DNA from: Octopus bimaculoides
Lineage: Eukaryota
NCBI RefSeq assembly: GCF_001194135.2
Contig: NC_068981.1
Span: 142,570,332-142,634,274 of the forward strand
DNA length: 63,943 nucleotides
Reading direction: 5' to 3'
This document shows, piece after piece, positions 53,576 through 63,943 of the stretch (positions are counted from its first letter, which is position 1; every line of letters starts with the position of its first letter). Both the position numbers and the translations under genes were made by a program. Below the pieces are notes generated by a model. That model did no database searches and was not told the origin of the DNA. It worked only from the letters and a program-made list of their open reading frames with translations.

Positions 53576-54026
53576 TATTGCCAGTTCAAATATGTTCAAA
53601 TAAACAGGCCATTCACTGTGTTTTGTCATGGGGAAAATATCTCAGTGTTTACAATGGTGAATATACACCTAGATCAGCTCACAGTACCCCCTTTCTAAGC
53701 TATGAGATGCAGCATTTCAGAGTAGTTGTCTCCTCTTCAGTCAGAGACACTGGGCACAGCGTTATCAGCCATATATGGTAACTGAAATAACATAAGGAAA
53801 TGACTCTCTTTTCCCAGTTCGCAGTACCCTGTGCCCAGTGTATGTGACCGAAGATGAGAAAACTACTCTGAAACGCTGCGTCTCACATTCTTGAGAAGAG
53901 AACCGCGAACTCATCTAGGTGTATTTACACCATTTTCAACAGCGAGAAATTTTCTGCATGATATATCACAACAAATCGCTTGATTATTAGTTCAAACGTG
54001 CCACAAGCATATTTGAACTGGTAATA
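53576..54026. mobile_element. Foldback MITE (~450 bp, long imperfect arms)
   Basis: TATTGCCAGTTCAAATATG/CATATTTGAACTGGTAATA ends; inner pairs ATACACCTAGAT/ATCTAGGTGTAT, TTTCAGAGTAGTT/AACTACTCTGAAA, ACACTGGGCACAG/CTGTGCCCAGTGT. Confidence 0.85.
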
Positions 54027-54361
54027 ACATTGCATTTATACATATCCCTGCTTAGCGGTCTTTCTTCCTAATGTCATAAACGTATTAACGGAATGCAAAG
54101 CGCATTGTCCTTTGTGAAACTAGCGGAATGACGTAAGATCACGAATGAACTTTGTTTAAATTATCGCCTGTATTGTGGTACAATCTGCGTTGACCTTGTA
54201 GCTTATATCAGATAGTAACAAGTATACTAGAGAACGATCAGACACGTTCAAAAGGTAGGAGCACTTTTTACAATTCAACCACTTTCATTATCCCTTCGCT
54301 CAATATAGCGCCCAAGTGTTATGTTAAAATATGTGATATATAAATAGGTCCAAGTGTGACA

Positions 54362-54451
<90 letters not shown>

Positions 54452-54971
54452 GAGAGGTAGAGAATCTAACAGAATTAGTGTCGAGATATATAGATGGGAA
54501 AGTTCAGTACATGGAGGAAAATGTGGAGGCGGATCATTCAAACGTTTTGAATGAAAGTTACTTTCATTTGTCATAGGCGGCAACATTAATGGAAAAACCG
54601 TATTTAGTACGCATTTATCAATAATTGATCTCATCGACCTACCACTTTCACAGTAGATATTTAATGAATTACCGAATTTTGCTGATGATAAAATCTCCCT
54701 TATTGCTGTGAAAAGTAGGCTAATTGCATTTGCAATTAACTGTCTGTGCAAGAGATAGGTGAATGACCGCTGCTGGTTTCAGGCGTTCGCATAACTGTAT
54801 GAACAACAAATGAATTTCAAAGGATTATCGAGAAAGTGTAATTTTGATTTAGAGTAACAAAAGTTAATTGATATTTCACAGATAAAGGAATGAGATAGGA
54901 TGGAGATTAAACGCCGCCTTGATGTCTCAGTTGGGTCACCGTTCCATTTGTATATTACCATTAAATATGTG

Positions 54972-55168
54972 TGGATGCGCGTGGGTTAGTAGTTAAAGTG
55001 TTCGACTCACGATCGTAAGATTATGGTTTCAATTACAAGACCGGGCGACTGGTTGTATTCGTATTTGACGTTGCTCCAGTCCACTCACAGCGCAAAAATG
55101 GGCAATCCTGCCACGGACACAGCTTGCCGCCCAGACGAAGAATATATACGCCATGAAACCTGGAAAAC
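54972..55168 (+). mobile_element. Degenerate tRNA-derived SINE
   Basis: tRNA-like head with degenerate A/B boxes, ACGTTGCTCCAGTCCACTCA core, tail TATACGCCATGAAACCTGGAAAAC. Confidence 0.65.
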
Positions 55169-55264
55169 AGTATAACTCAAGAAAGTAACTTTACTTTACG
55201 AAACATCTGACAGATAATTTAAATATATACACTCACATCGATGTTATATAAATATACATATATA

Positions 55265-55305
<41 letters not shown>

Positions 55306-55322
55306 GTGTGTGTGTTTGTATG

Positions 55323-55398
<76 letters not shown>

Positions 55399-55779
55399 CA
55401 TATACATATATATTGTAAAATTATCTTTTACGTAAGATGTTAAAATTAAAATTCAACCAACATCATATAAAAGAGTCTGATATGACAATGGCTTTTGTGT
55501 TAACTGCTTTCATTTATTAGCCATCGAATATGAAAATGTTTATTTCTATGCTGCACTCGAATAGTTTCCACCTAAATATAGATGTTTAGTGAAGAAAGTT
55601 ATAAAACATCGCAGTTTAAGCTTTATTACTAAAGTAAGCTTGATTTACGTTACGTTTGTTAATCGTACTTAATTTTGATATATTTCTTTTATTTGTACAT
55701 TCGGACGACCAACTTACATATAAATTATATATGTTTTCTTATATATAAATGCAAGTTATTTAATTTTGCTCCTGGGTGA

Positions 55780-56330
55780 CGTTATCGAGAGAGAAGTTGG
55801 CTGCAGACCTTTTGCTGAAAAGTTTGATTGCAAGCACAGTTTTTCTTTCTCGTTTATTCTTACTGCATAACAAGTCTCTTATAAGATGAAACACAAGAAT
55901 TGATGCAAAGTTGTGACAGTCGTGAGGTAGACGTAAGCTGTCAAACATAGTCTAACGAGTTTTTCCCAAGAGTTGGAGATAGAGATACAGGCTTTTCCTG
56001 GTTTGGGGGACAGAGATACAAGACATTGCACATAGTCCTGTGTGTATTGTTGGTAAACACGCGGGAGATGTCGAGGCTTTAATGTAGACGTAGCTATTAA
56101 TAATGCATCTATGCATAGTGTATAAGAGACTTGCATTCGATAAGGACGATTGAATCTTAGATCTCTGACGAAACAATATTTCCTGTGCAGTCGCACGCTT
56201 GCACTGTGTTCATTTGAGGTAAACACTGCCATGGTTTGAAAGAAATGTACACTTGCTGATGAATTGAGAGATTGCTTGGAAAGAATTATATAAGTGGAGA
56301 CGCGTTGATAATGTTCATCTATTTTATAGG
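55780..56330 (+). mobile_element. Possible very old L1/Tx1 ORF2 remnant
   Basis: Raised GC and scattered residues resembling the ORF2 C-terminal region; many stops. Confidence 0.25.
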
Positions 56331-56606
56331 CAAGACATTTATACATTATGTAATGCGTCAGAAGGCCACTTTCAAAATATTTTTATTCAATTTCACTAAA
56401 TGTTCGCATTGAAACTGCAGATGCCATAAATCCACATATTGGAGAAGAATCTGCAACACCTCTCTCAAAAAATGCTAACGATTTTTTTAATTACAATTCT
56501 TCACAGTAATTTCAACCATGTGTCTTCATGAACCTACCATCTTCACTCCCATAAATTACTTTATTCAGGATATTAATGTTAACATCTTCTAATATGTCCA
56601 TTGCAG

Positions 56607-57797
56607 ATGATATATTGAACTCCATAGGTAAGGTTCAAGATATTTTCAAATAACCAACAAATTTTCGCTATTCTCTTCAACTTATTGGCAACGTACCTTA
56701 CCAGTTTGAGAGCCCCAAATGTCAGAAAAGATAGTAATGTTGTCAAAACATTTATCAATATATGATGGAAATCAGCACTATTATAGTTTCTGATAAAAAT
56801 ATCTGTCTTTACTCCATATCTGCCAGATATTATATTAGATATACTATTATTTTCCCAAGGACAGTCATTTTTATACATATCAACAAATTAGTTGGACTGC
56901 TCGTGAATGTTGTAACAGCTGAAATCACATGATAGCGCACGGTCAACTTCTTGTAAACGGAAGAAGTAGATTGCTTTACAAAACCTCATAATATAACTTG
57001 TTTTCCCCAGAGTTGTTGCTCCATAACACATTTTGGTACGAAGAGATTCTGATGTAAGTGTTGCTTATCGATATATTATTTAAAGAAATTATATAAAGTA
57101 AACCATAGAAATTAATGGTAATCTACAGCATTTCATACAAATGTAGAAATCATTCAAATATCGAAATATATCTGCATTTCGGGAAAATTATATATCCAAA
57201 TCTAATTCCATTAAAATTCAGGGTATAGCAACTTCTAGTTTATCAGAGGAAAAACCATCTTTACACGTTCACCGACCATGAAGTGTTGTATACTTTGAAC
57301 AGTGCGTGTGTTCACGCACACAGGTGCGCGTACACGCACATACACATTCACTCATATATCCGACGAGAATATATCTCACTGGGAATCACCGTTATAAGAC
57401 TGCTATATCATGTAGTACAACCTGTGAAATGCCTTGTGTCATTATTCTCACTCTTAATTACTTTCACCACAGGTATTTCACGGGGAGATTTGTGTGGATC
57501 CAACACAAGAAGAATGGGAGAACTAGGCGTATGCTCGTCCAAATATGTGTTGTACTTGCTGAAGGACATGTGAACAAGTCATTTCATTTTTATAGCCCCT
57601 AACAGAAATGTATTAATATTAGTTACCAAAGGATTTCTGATGATAAAACCGCAATATTTATCACAACGCATCAGCAATTAAATGTGAAAAGTCTATATGT
57701 ATGGTATATTCTGTTTGCAGCAAAAGTAATGAATAATGGTATATCGAATAGATATCTTAGATTGTATCTGATAACTTTATGTAGCTTTATTACTTGA
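56607..57797 (+). CDS. 3' end of a candidate gene: exons 56607-56627, 57011-57053, 57473-57528, 57721-57797(stop); product unknown, possibly GPI-anchored
   Basis: Four AG/GT exons with matching phases 1-1, 1-2, 2-1, 1-stop give DILNSIELLLHNTFWYEEILMYFTGRFVWIQHKKNGRTRPKVMNNGISNRYLRLYLITLCSFIT*; acceptors TTGCAG, TTTTCCCCAG, TTTCACCACAG, TCTGTTTGCAG; donors GTAAGG, GTAAGT, GTATGC. Confidence 0.6.
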
Positions 57798-57925
57798 TAA
57801 CTTTGCGCAGCGTTATTGTAATGGCAATTTACATCACGATTTATTCTCGTGATGTTAGAAAAATACAAGACGATATGAAAAACTGAAATAAGATTTAACA
57901 TCAGCAACGCAAAGAGACGTCATGC

Positions 57926-57935
57926 AATAAATAAA
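57926..57935 (+). promoter_or_regulatory. Putative polyadenylation signal (overlapping AATAAA x2)
   Basis: About 130 bp after the candidate stop; the motif is common in AT-rich DNA. Confidence 0.35.
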
Positions 57936-58538
57936 ATGCATATAAATTGAGATATTGCAATATTTCGTTACCAATCTATATCTTTTTTTTTTAATTCTAT
58001 TAATATTAAGCACTTGAAGATGTTTTTGCATTTTTGTTCAATAAACCTCCGGAAATAGTAACAAGAATATAGTTCATGTGCACGCCTCTCTCCTGCGTGT
58101 GGGGGTGCGTGAGTGTATGTCTGTGTGTTTGTATGTGTGTGTATGTGTGTGTATATCTGTGCATTGTGTCTGCATTGGGTTGCAAACGTGTCTTGTATTT
58201 TCCCGCAAATTACTTACAATTATAAGTTGGCAGGTTGAAATTAAAAAGAAAATTATACTAAGAAGCAATACAACGAGGATAATGCATGAAGTAAGAAGAA
58301 ATGTGCATAAAATACAGGAGCAGTGAGACAAAACTCAAATTTCATGTAAGAGTGGGGATGTTAGAAACCTTAAAGCGAAAGTGAAACAGTGAGGTATACC
58401 GGAAAGACATATGTGGAGATATTTTAATACTAAACGAAAAATCAAAAGAGATTCCGTGAATACTTAAAAATAGATGCATGCTTTTATGTGTCAGTGAGTG
58501 AAAACATGTATGCATTGTTGTATATATTTATGTATGTA

Positions 58539-58810
58539 CAGGGGATGGACAAATTAATGGAAACACCTTAAAATTTCAAACAAATTTGTTTTAATATGAA
58601 GTAGTACCGCCTTTGGAAGTAATTACAGATTGAATTCTACCAGGTATGGACTCGTACAAAGTTTGAATTGTTTCCAAAGGAAATTTTGTCCATTCTTCAG
58701 CAAAACAGTCTCCGGTTCTTGTAGCGATGATGGTAGTGGATATCGACTCCTTACTTGTTTTTCTAAAATGCACCAAAAATGTTCAATAATATTGCGGATC
58801 TGGGGATTTC
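58539..58810 (-). mobile_element. Tc1-like transposon right-end fragment
   Basis: TA-CAGGGGATGGACAAATTAATGGAAACACC TIR; EEWTKFPLETIQTLYESIPGRIQSVITSKGGTTSY* transposase C-terminus. Confidence 0.85.
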
Positions 58811-59108
58811 AATATTATGTATGTATGTATGTCTGTGAGGGACGTTATTCGTTAAGATGTAGTCTATTGACATTGACTTCGAAGATTCCGCCTTTTACAT
58901 CAGCACCGAACATTCCGATGATTGCTCAGTAGGCAGAAATTTCGATTTGGCTTTCAATAGTCTGCCTATTGAAGAATAACGGTGATGCACTCAACAAAAG
59001 GTTTTGAGTGATCCTTTCTATACTAAATATGTGGGTCTGTTTGTGTGCGTGTGGGTGTGTGATTTCATTCATACACACACACACACACACACACATACAC
59101 ACACATAA

Positions 59109-59168
<60 letters not shown>

Positions 59169-59169
59169 T

Positions 59170-59758
59170 TCATTTATTTCAGGCATTTCACTGTGGCCAT
59201 GCAGGAGAACCGCCTTCAGTCGAACAATTTGACCCCAAGACTTATTCTTTGTAAGCCTAGAACTTAATCTATCGTTCTCTTTTGCCGAACTGCTAGTTAA
59301 TAGGGGCCCAAACACACCGATATCTGTCATCAGAAGATGGTGCGGGGACTAACACAGACACAAATGCACACACACANNNNNNNNNNNNNNNNNNNNNNNN
59401 NNNNNNNNNNNNNNNNNNNNNNNNNNNNNNNNNNNNNNNNNNNNNNNNNNNNNNNNNNNNNNNNNNNNNNNNNNNNNNNNNNNNNNNNNNNNNNNNNNNN
59501 NNNNNNNNNNNNNNNNNNNNNNNNNNNNNNNNNNNNNNNNNNNNNNNNNNNNNNNNNNNNNNNNACACACACACACACATATATATATATATACGACGGG
59601 CTTCTTTCAGTTTCCCTCTACCAAATCCACTTACAAGCATTTGGTCGGCTCATGGCCATAGTAGAAGACGATCACACAAGGTGCCACGTAGTGGGATTAC
59701 ACCGGAAACCAATGTGGCTGGGAAGCAAGCTGCTTATCAGACAGCCACGTCTGCCCCT
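59170..59758 (-). mobile_element. tRNA-derived SINE with internal (CA)n tract (gap inside)
   Basis: Reverse-complement homolog of the 60059-60480 copy across head, body and tail. Confidence 0.85.
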
Positions 59759-60058
59759 ATATATTCATTTATTTGTTTTATTCTTCCTTTTATAAAAGAA
59801 TATAACATATTTGTGTGTGTCTGTTTGTGTGTGTGTGTGTGTGTTTGTGCGTGTGTGTCTGTGTGTGTGTGTATAGTCGAATACGTATGCACTGAATAAA
59901 TATTTATATTATCATTATTATCATTATTATAAATCTTCGATAATTTATGGCGATTGGCGTAACTCGTCACGAAACTAAATAGACAAGACTGCGATACGAT
60001 TTCTAATAAATACTGACTCTATTTATTGATATGCACAATCTATCGACAATATATCAAT

Positions 60059-60219
60059 TGGTGCAGGAGTGGCTGCGTTAATTAGCGTGCTTACCAACCA
60101 CATGGTTCCGGTTCATTCCCACTGCGTGGCACGTTGGGTAAGTGTTTTCTGCCATAGCCTCGGGCCGACCAATACCTTGTGAGTGCATTTGGGAGACGGA
60201 AACAGAAAGAAGCCCATCG

Positions 60220-60263
<44 letters not shown>

Positions 60264-60480
60264 TGTGTGTGTGTGTGTGTGTGTGCGTGTGTGTGTGTTT
60301 GTCCCACCAACATCGTTTGACAACCGTTGCTGGTATGTTTGTGTCCCCGTAATGTAGCGGTTCGGCAAAAGAGAACCGATAGTATAAGTACTAGGCTTAT
60401 AAAGAATAATTCCTGGGATCGATTTGTTTGACGAAAGGCGGTGCTCCAGCATGGCTGCAGTCAACTGATTGAAACGACTA
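60059..60480 (+). mobile_element. tRNA-derived SINE with internal (TG)n tract
   Basis: Head GGTGCAGGAGTGGCTG..GGTTCCGGTTCATTCCC, body CCTCGGGCCGACC..GAAAGAAGCCC, tail GGCGGTGCTCCAGCATGGCTGCAGTC. Confidence 0.85.
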
Positions 60481-61431
60481 AAAAAAGGAAAAAATGTTTG
60501 CTTTCCTCGGTTTCAAAATGTAAAATACGTGGAAACAAAATTACAAGATTTGAACGGTGCTTCTTTTTAGACAAAGGGATCTCGTCAATTTCCTCTCCTT
60601 CGTAAGTCATAAAAAAAAAAAAAATAAGAAAAATAAGGAAAAAGAAATCAAGAAACAACAAAAAATTTGGTCAGAACCTTTTTTGCAATGTAATGGAATT
60701 CTTCTGTCATTTTGCTTGTTCCTTAACGGTGTGACGTTAGTAATCCATAAATATATGTATCCGCATGTGCGCTGAGGACTGAAAGAGGAATGGACTAAAA
60801 TATTTTCTAGGAATGTGTAGTTTCGTGTGTTCTTCAAATTTACAAACGTTTGATGTAAAATATCCGGCAGGTTTCGTTGAACAACTATTATTATGTGTTA
60901 CATCTTAACTATTCCCACTGCATCTCGTATCAAATAATTATTTAAGAAACCATGTTGTGTTTGATGCATTCAGCTGCGTGAAAACAAATGTGAATCCATA
61001 AAGGTACTACATCAGTATAAATCATAACATTTCTGTATAATTTGCCTTGGAGCTGATAGCGGCAAGAGAGTTAAGCCCTATTCTTTGTGCAACAGCATGA
61101 ATCAAGTCATCTCTATCACAAACTATAAAGTTAGGGGGTGTTAACAAACCAATATCAGATGCCCAGCGCTACTGGGGTAAAATAGGCGAGAACAAACACA
61201 CATGCGCCTACATATGTATTTATTCACATACATACACAGTTTCATACATGCGCATATATATGAGTGTATGTGTGTGTTTTGTGTGTATTTGCGCATATGT
61301 GTTTATATAAATGTAGACGTAATATGTGTATATATATGTATGTATATATGTGTGTGAGTGTCTGTGTCTGTGTGCCTGTATATATATATATATATATTTA
61401 TATATACATATATATGCGTGTTTGTGTGTAT

Positions 61432-61462
<31 letters not shown>

Positions 61463-62249
61463 CATGTATGTATGCATATACTCACAAAAGCAGACACGTG
61501 GTCTTCTCTCAACTAGTAGTGTTTTGTGATGTTCTATCATATTGAACTGCCAAAGTTATTTTGAACTGACGATACAACGTGAAGTTCAATGGAATATTAT
61601 ACGGCTTTTTAGAAATCGTACTGGCTCTTTATATTATTTTATTTCATTTTATTTTATTTTTGTAATATGACAAAAACAAAAATTAATGTTATTCCATCAT
61701 GTGATCAATAAAAAGAATCTAACCATAAATATTTACTTGATGTTTCGAAATGATGGAATAGGACCATACTCATTTGATATTAGATCAACATAAACACATT
61801 TTCATATACCGCTATTAAAGACAATATATAATATCTTAAATAGTACAGTTCGACAATGTAGACATGCATGCGCATGCTTGATATATATATATATAGTTGA
61901 AGTGGGTTCTGTTAAGAACGTATAAAATTACAAATACAGCACGTTCGCCCTTAGAATTCCCAAATAGCCGGTATTATTCTACCAATTCTAGTCTTCGTGT
62001 GTGAAAATAAAAGTAAAACGTAAAGAACAAACAAATCAAAACTACACAGAATTTAACACCAATAACCAAAATAAACAACAGATAGACTGCACAATCTCAG
62101 ATAGCGTAAAAGACGGTGACAATATAGTTGAAATATATCGTCCAAAAAGAAACAACAAAACGGATTACCGATTAAACAAAACCTCGGATACTAGAAATCA
62201 AATGGAACATCATGAAAATAGAATCAAACAGCCGCCAGATAAACATAAG

Positions 62250-62645
62250 AATAATAGGAATACGATTAACTGCACATGCCGTAGAAAACCCACATGTCTG
62301 CTCCTGAAGCAATGCATGAACTACACATCTCAACATAATTACGTGTACATTGGTGCCACTGAAAACCAATTCAAAGTCCGTTATCGAAACCACATCTCGT
62401 CATTCCAAAAAATAAATAGACAGCACACTACCTCACTGGCAAACCTCATGTAGGGAGTGAAAGAATACCAAATAGAATAGTAAAAACAAAAACAAAAAAA
62501 ACCCACATCTATGTACTTCACTATCCGCAAATGTGACCTTTGCCTTGAGGAAGCACTGAGTATTCTACTAAGTAATAAAAATCTAACGAATAAACATGGT
62601 GAGAAAATTCTAAGTCGTCACTACCGTGTGAAATATGCATTTCCA
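62250..62645 (+). mobile_element. Penelope-like (Neptune-type) GIY-YIG remnant
   Basis: INCTCRRKPTCLL..C..YVYIGATENQFKVRYRNHISSF..TTSLA, then KCDLCLEEALSIL..LTNKHGE. Confidence 0.85.
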
Positions 62646-63238
62646 GATAGAACAGTGTATAAATTATAATTATTATTATTCTATCTCGCTAAACTCATTT
62701 TTTATCGCCTTCACGTATGTATAGGAGTGTGTATTCATGATGGAGCGTTCAGCGATATAACTGTGTAGATATAACTATGTACATGGAAATGAGTAGATAA
62801 ATGTATTAGAGTATGTGTATCGATGTGAATGTGTTTATTGATTTGTAGGTGAGTATATGTATGCGTTGTGCATCTGATTATATGTACATATATTTTATAT
62901 ATATGCATATGGGTGTGTACTTGCCAGCGTTTGAATGTAGGTGTGTATGCATGTGTGCATGTATGGAAACACTCAGTGATGTACGGTATATCGGTGCGTA
63001 AGTGATTGTATAAATATGAGTTAAGGGATGAATGTATTTTGCGAAATGGTACAGTTTGGTATGTGCAGAATAACCTGTTGAAACTGAATAAACAGACAAC
63101 GTACACATTGCAACTCGTGTCGAATGTGATAACACACTCATACCGAGCGAATTGAAACCGTCAGGGTTTCATTAGTTTCAAAGAAGAAGTCATGGATGTT
63201 GTAGCATGGAAATCTAAATTTGCTTACCTGTGTGTGTG

Positions 63239-63904
63239 CAGGTGTTGACCAAAATGATAGAAGCACCTTAAAATTTCAAACAAATTTATTTTAACATGGG
63301 CTACGACCGCCTTTGGCAGTAATTACAGATTGAATTCTACAAAGTATGGACTCGTACAAAGTGTGAATTTTGTCCAAAGGAATTTTTGCCCATTCTTCAG
63401 ATAAAACAGTCTTCACCTCTTGCAGTGATAACGGTGGAGGGAACAGAATCCTTCTGTGATTTTCTAAAATGCACCATACACACCAGATCATCCGATCTTC
63501 CTCCATCTTTAACAGAAGGCAGTCTGGGTCAAAATGCTTCTGGGGTTTCGTTTCAACGAGGAGGTTTTTCCCTCTTTCGCAAAGGCTGTCATTACTTTCG
63601 AGATAATACTTCTAAATACACAAAACAATTCGGCTGTTTTCGTTACGATGGCGCTTGCCATACGAGCACCAACAATTTGACCTATTTGAAAGTCCGATAG
63701 ATCTGTGATTTTAATGAATTTTAATTACGTTTTTTTTTTTAATGATATTTGACACGAAACAGCAATTTTAGCAAAACATATTAAGCAACACTAATAATGA
63801 TATAAAAAACATAAAAATAAACACGGTTTTGACTGTTTTCTATAGATATTTCAAAGTTATGATGCTATGATGCTAGGTGTTTGCATTATTTTGCTCAAAC
63901 CCTG
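63239..63904 (-). mobile_element. Internally deleted Tc1-like element with both TIRs
   Basis: TIRs CAGGTGTTGACCAAAATGATAGAAGCACC / GGTGTTTGCATTATTTTGCTCAAACCCTG-TA; N-terminal SDFQIGQIVGARMA..TAELF joined to C-terminal EEWAKIPLDKIHTLYES..ITAKGG; same family as 58539. Confidence 0.88.
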
Positions 63905-63943
63905 TACATATATATATATTTATATATATATATATTTATATAT

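Noticed and set aside
10147-61545. Many track ORFs rich in YI, CV, HT, LS or X runs
   Set aside because: Translations of microsatellites and N-gaps.

Overview
AT-rich, microsatellite-dense eukaryotic genomic DNA with 12 N-gaps, most of them next to (TA)n or (CA)n tracts. The repeat content (tRNA-headed SINEs, Penelope-like elements, CR1, RTE, R4/Dong and Tx1/L1 LINE remnants, Tc1/mariner derivatives, foldback MITEs) suggests a mollusc, probably an octopus; this is inference, not database-checked. There are no prokaryotic features, CRISPR arrays, rRNA or intact tRNA genes. Most track ORFs are microsatellite or gap artefacts, or transposon fragments. Main points: (1) four type I minimal hammerhead-ribozyme motifs, one in a Penelope 3' terminal segment that also carries a tRNA-like Pol III promoter and two in ~340-nt-period partial tandem repeats (retrozyme-like); (2) a candidate plus-strand gene of very short exons whose last four exons (56607-57797) splice in frame to a hydrophobic, GPI-signal-like C-terminus; (3) a Tx1/L1-type LINE end inside an (ATCT)n microsatellite, with three repeated 3'UTR hairpins; (4) several long inverted repeats that could form dsRNA. 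Alignments, folds and splice calls were made by eye.
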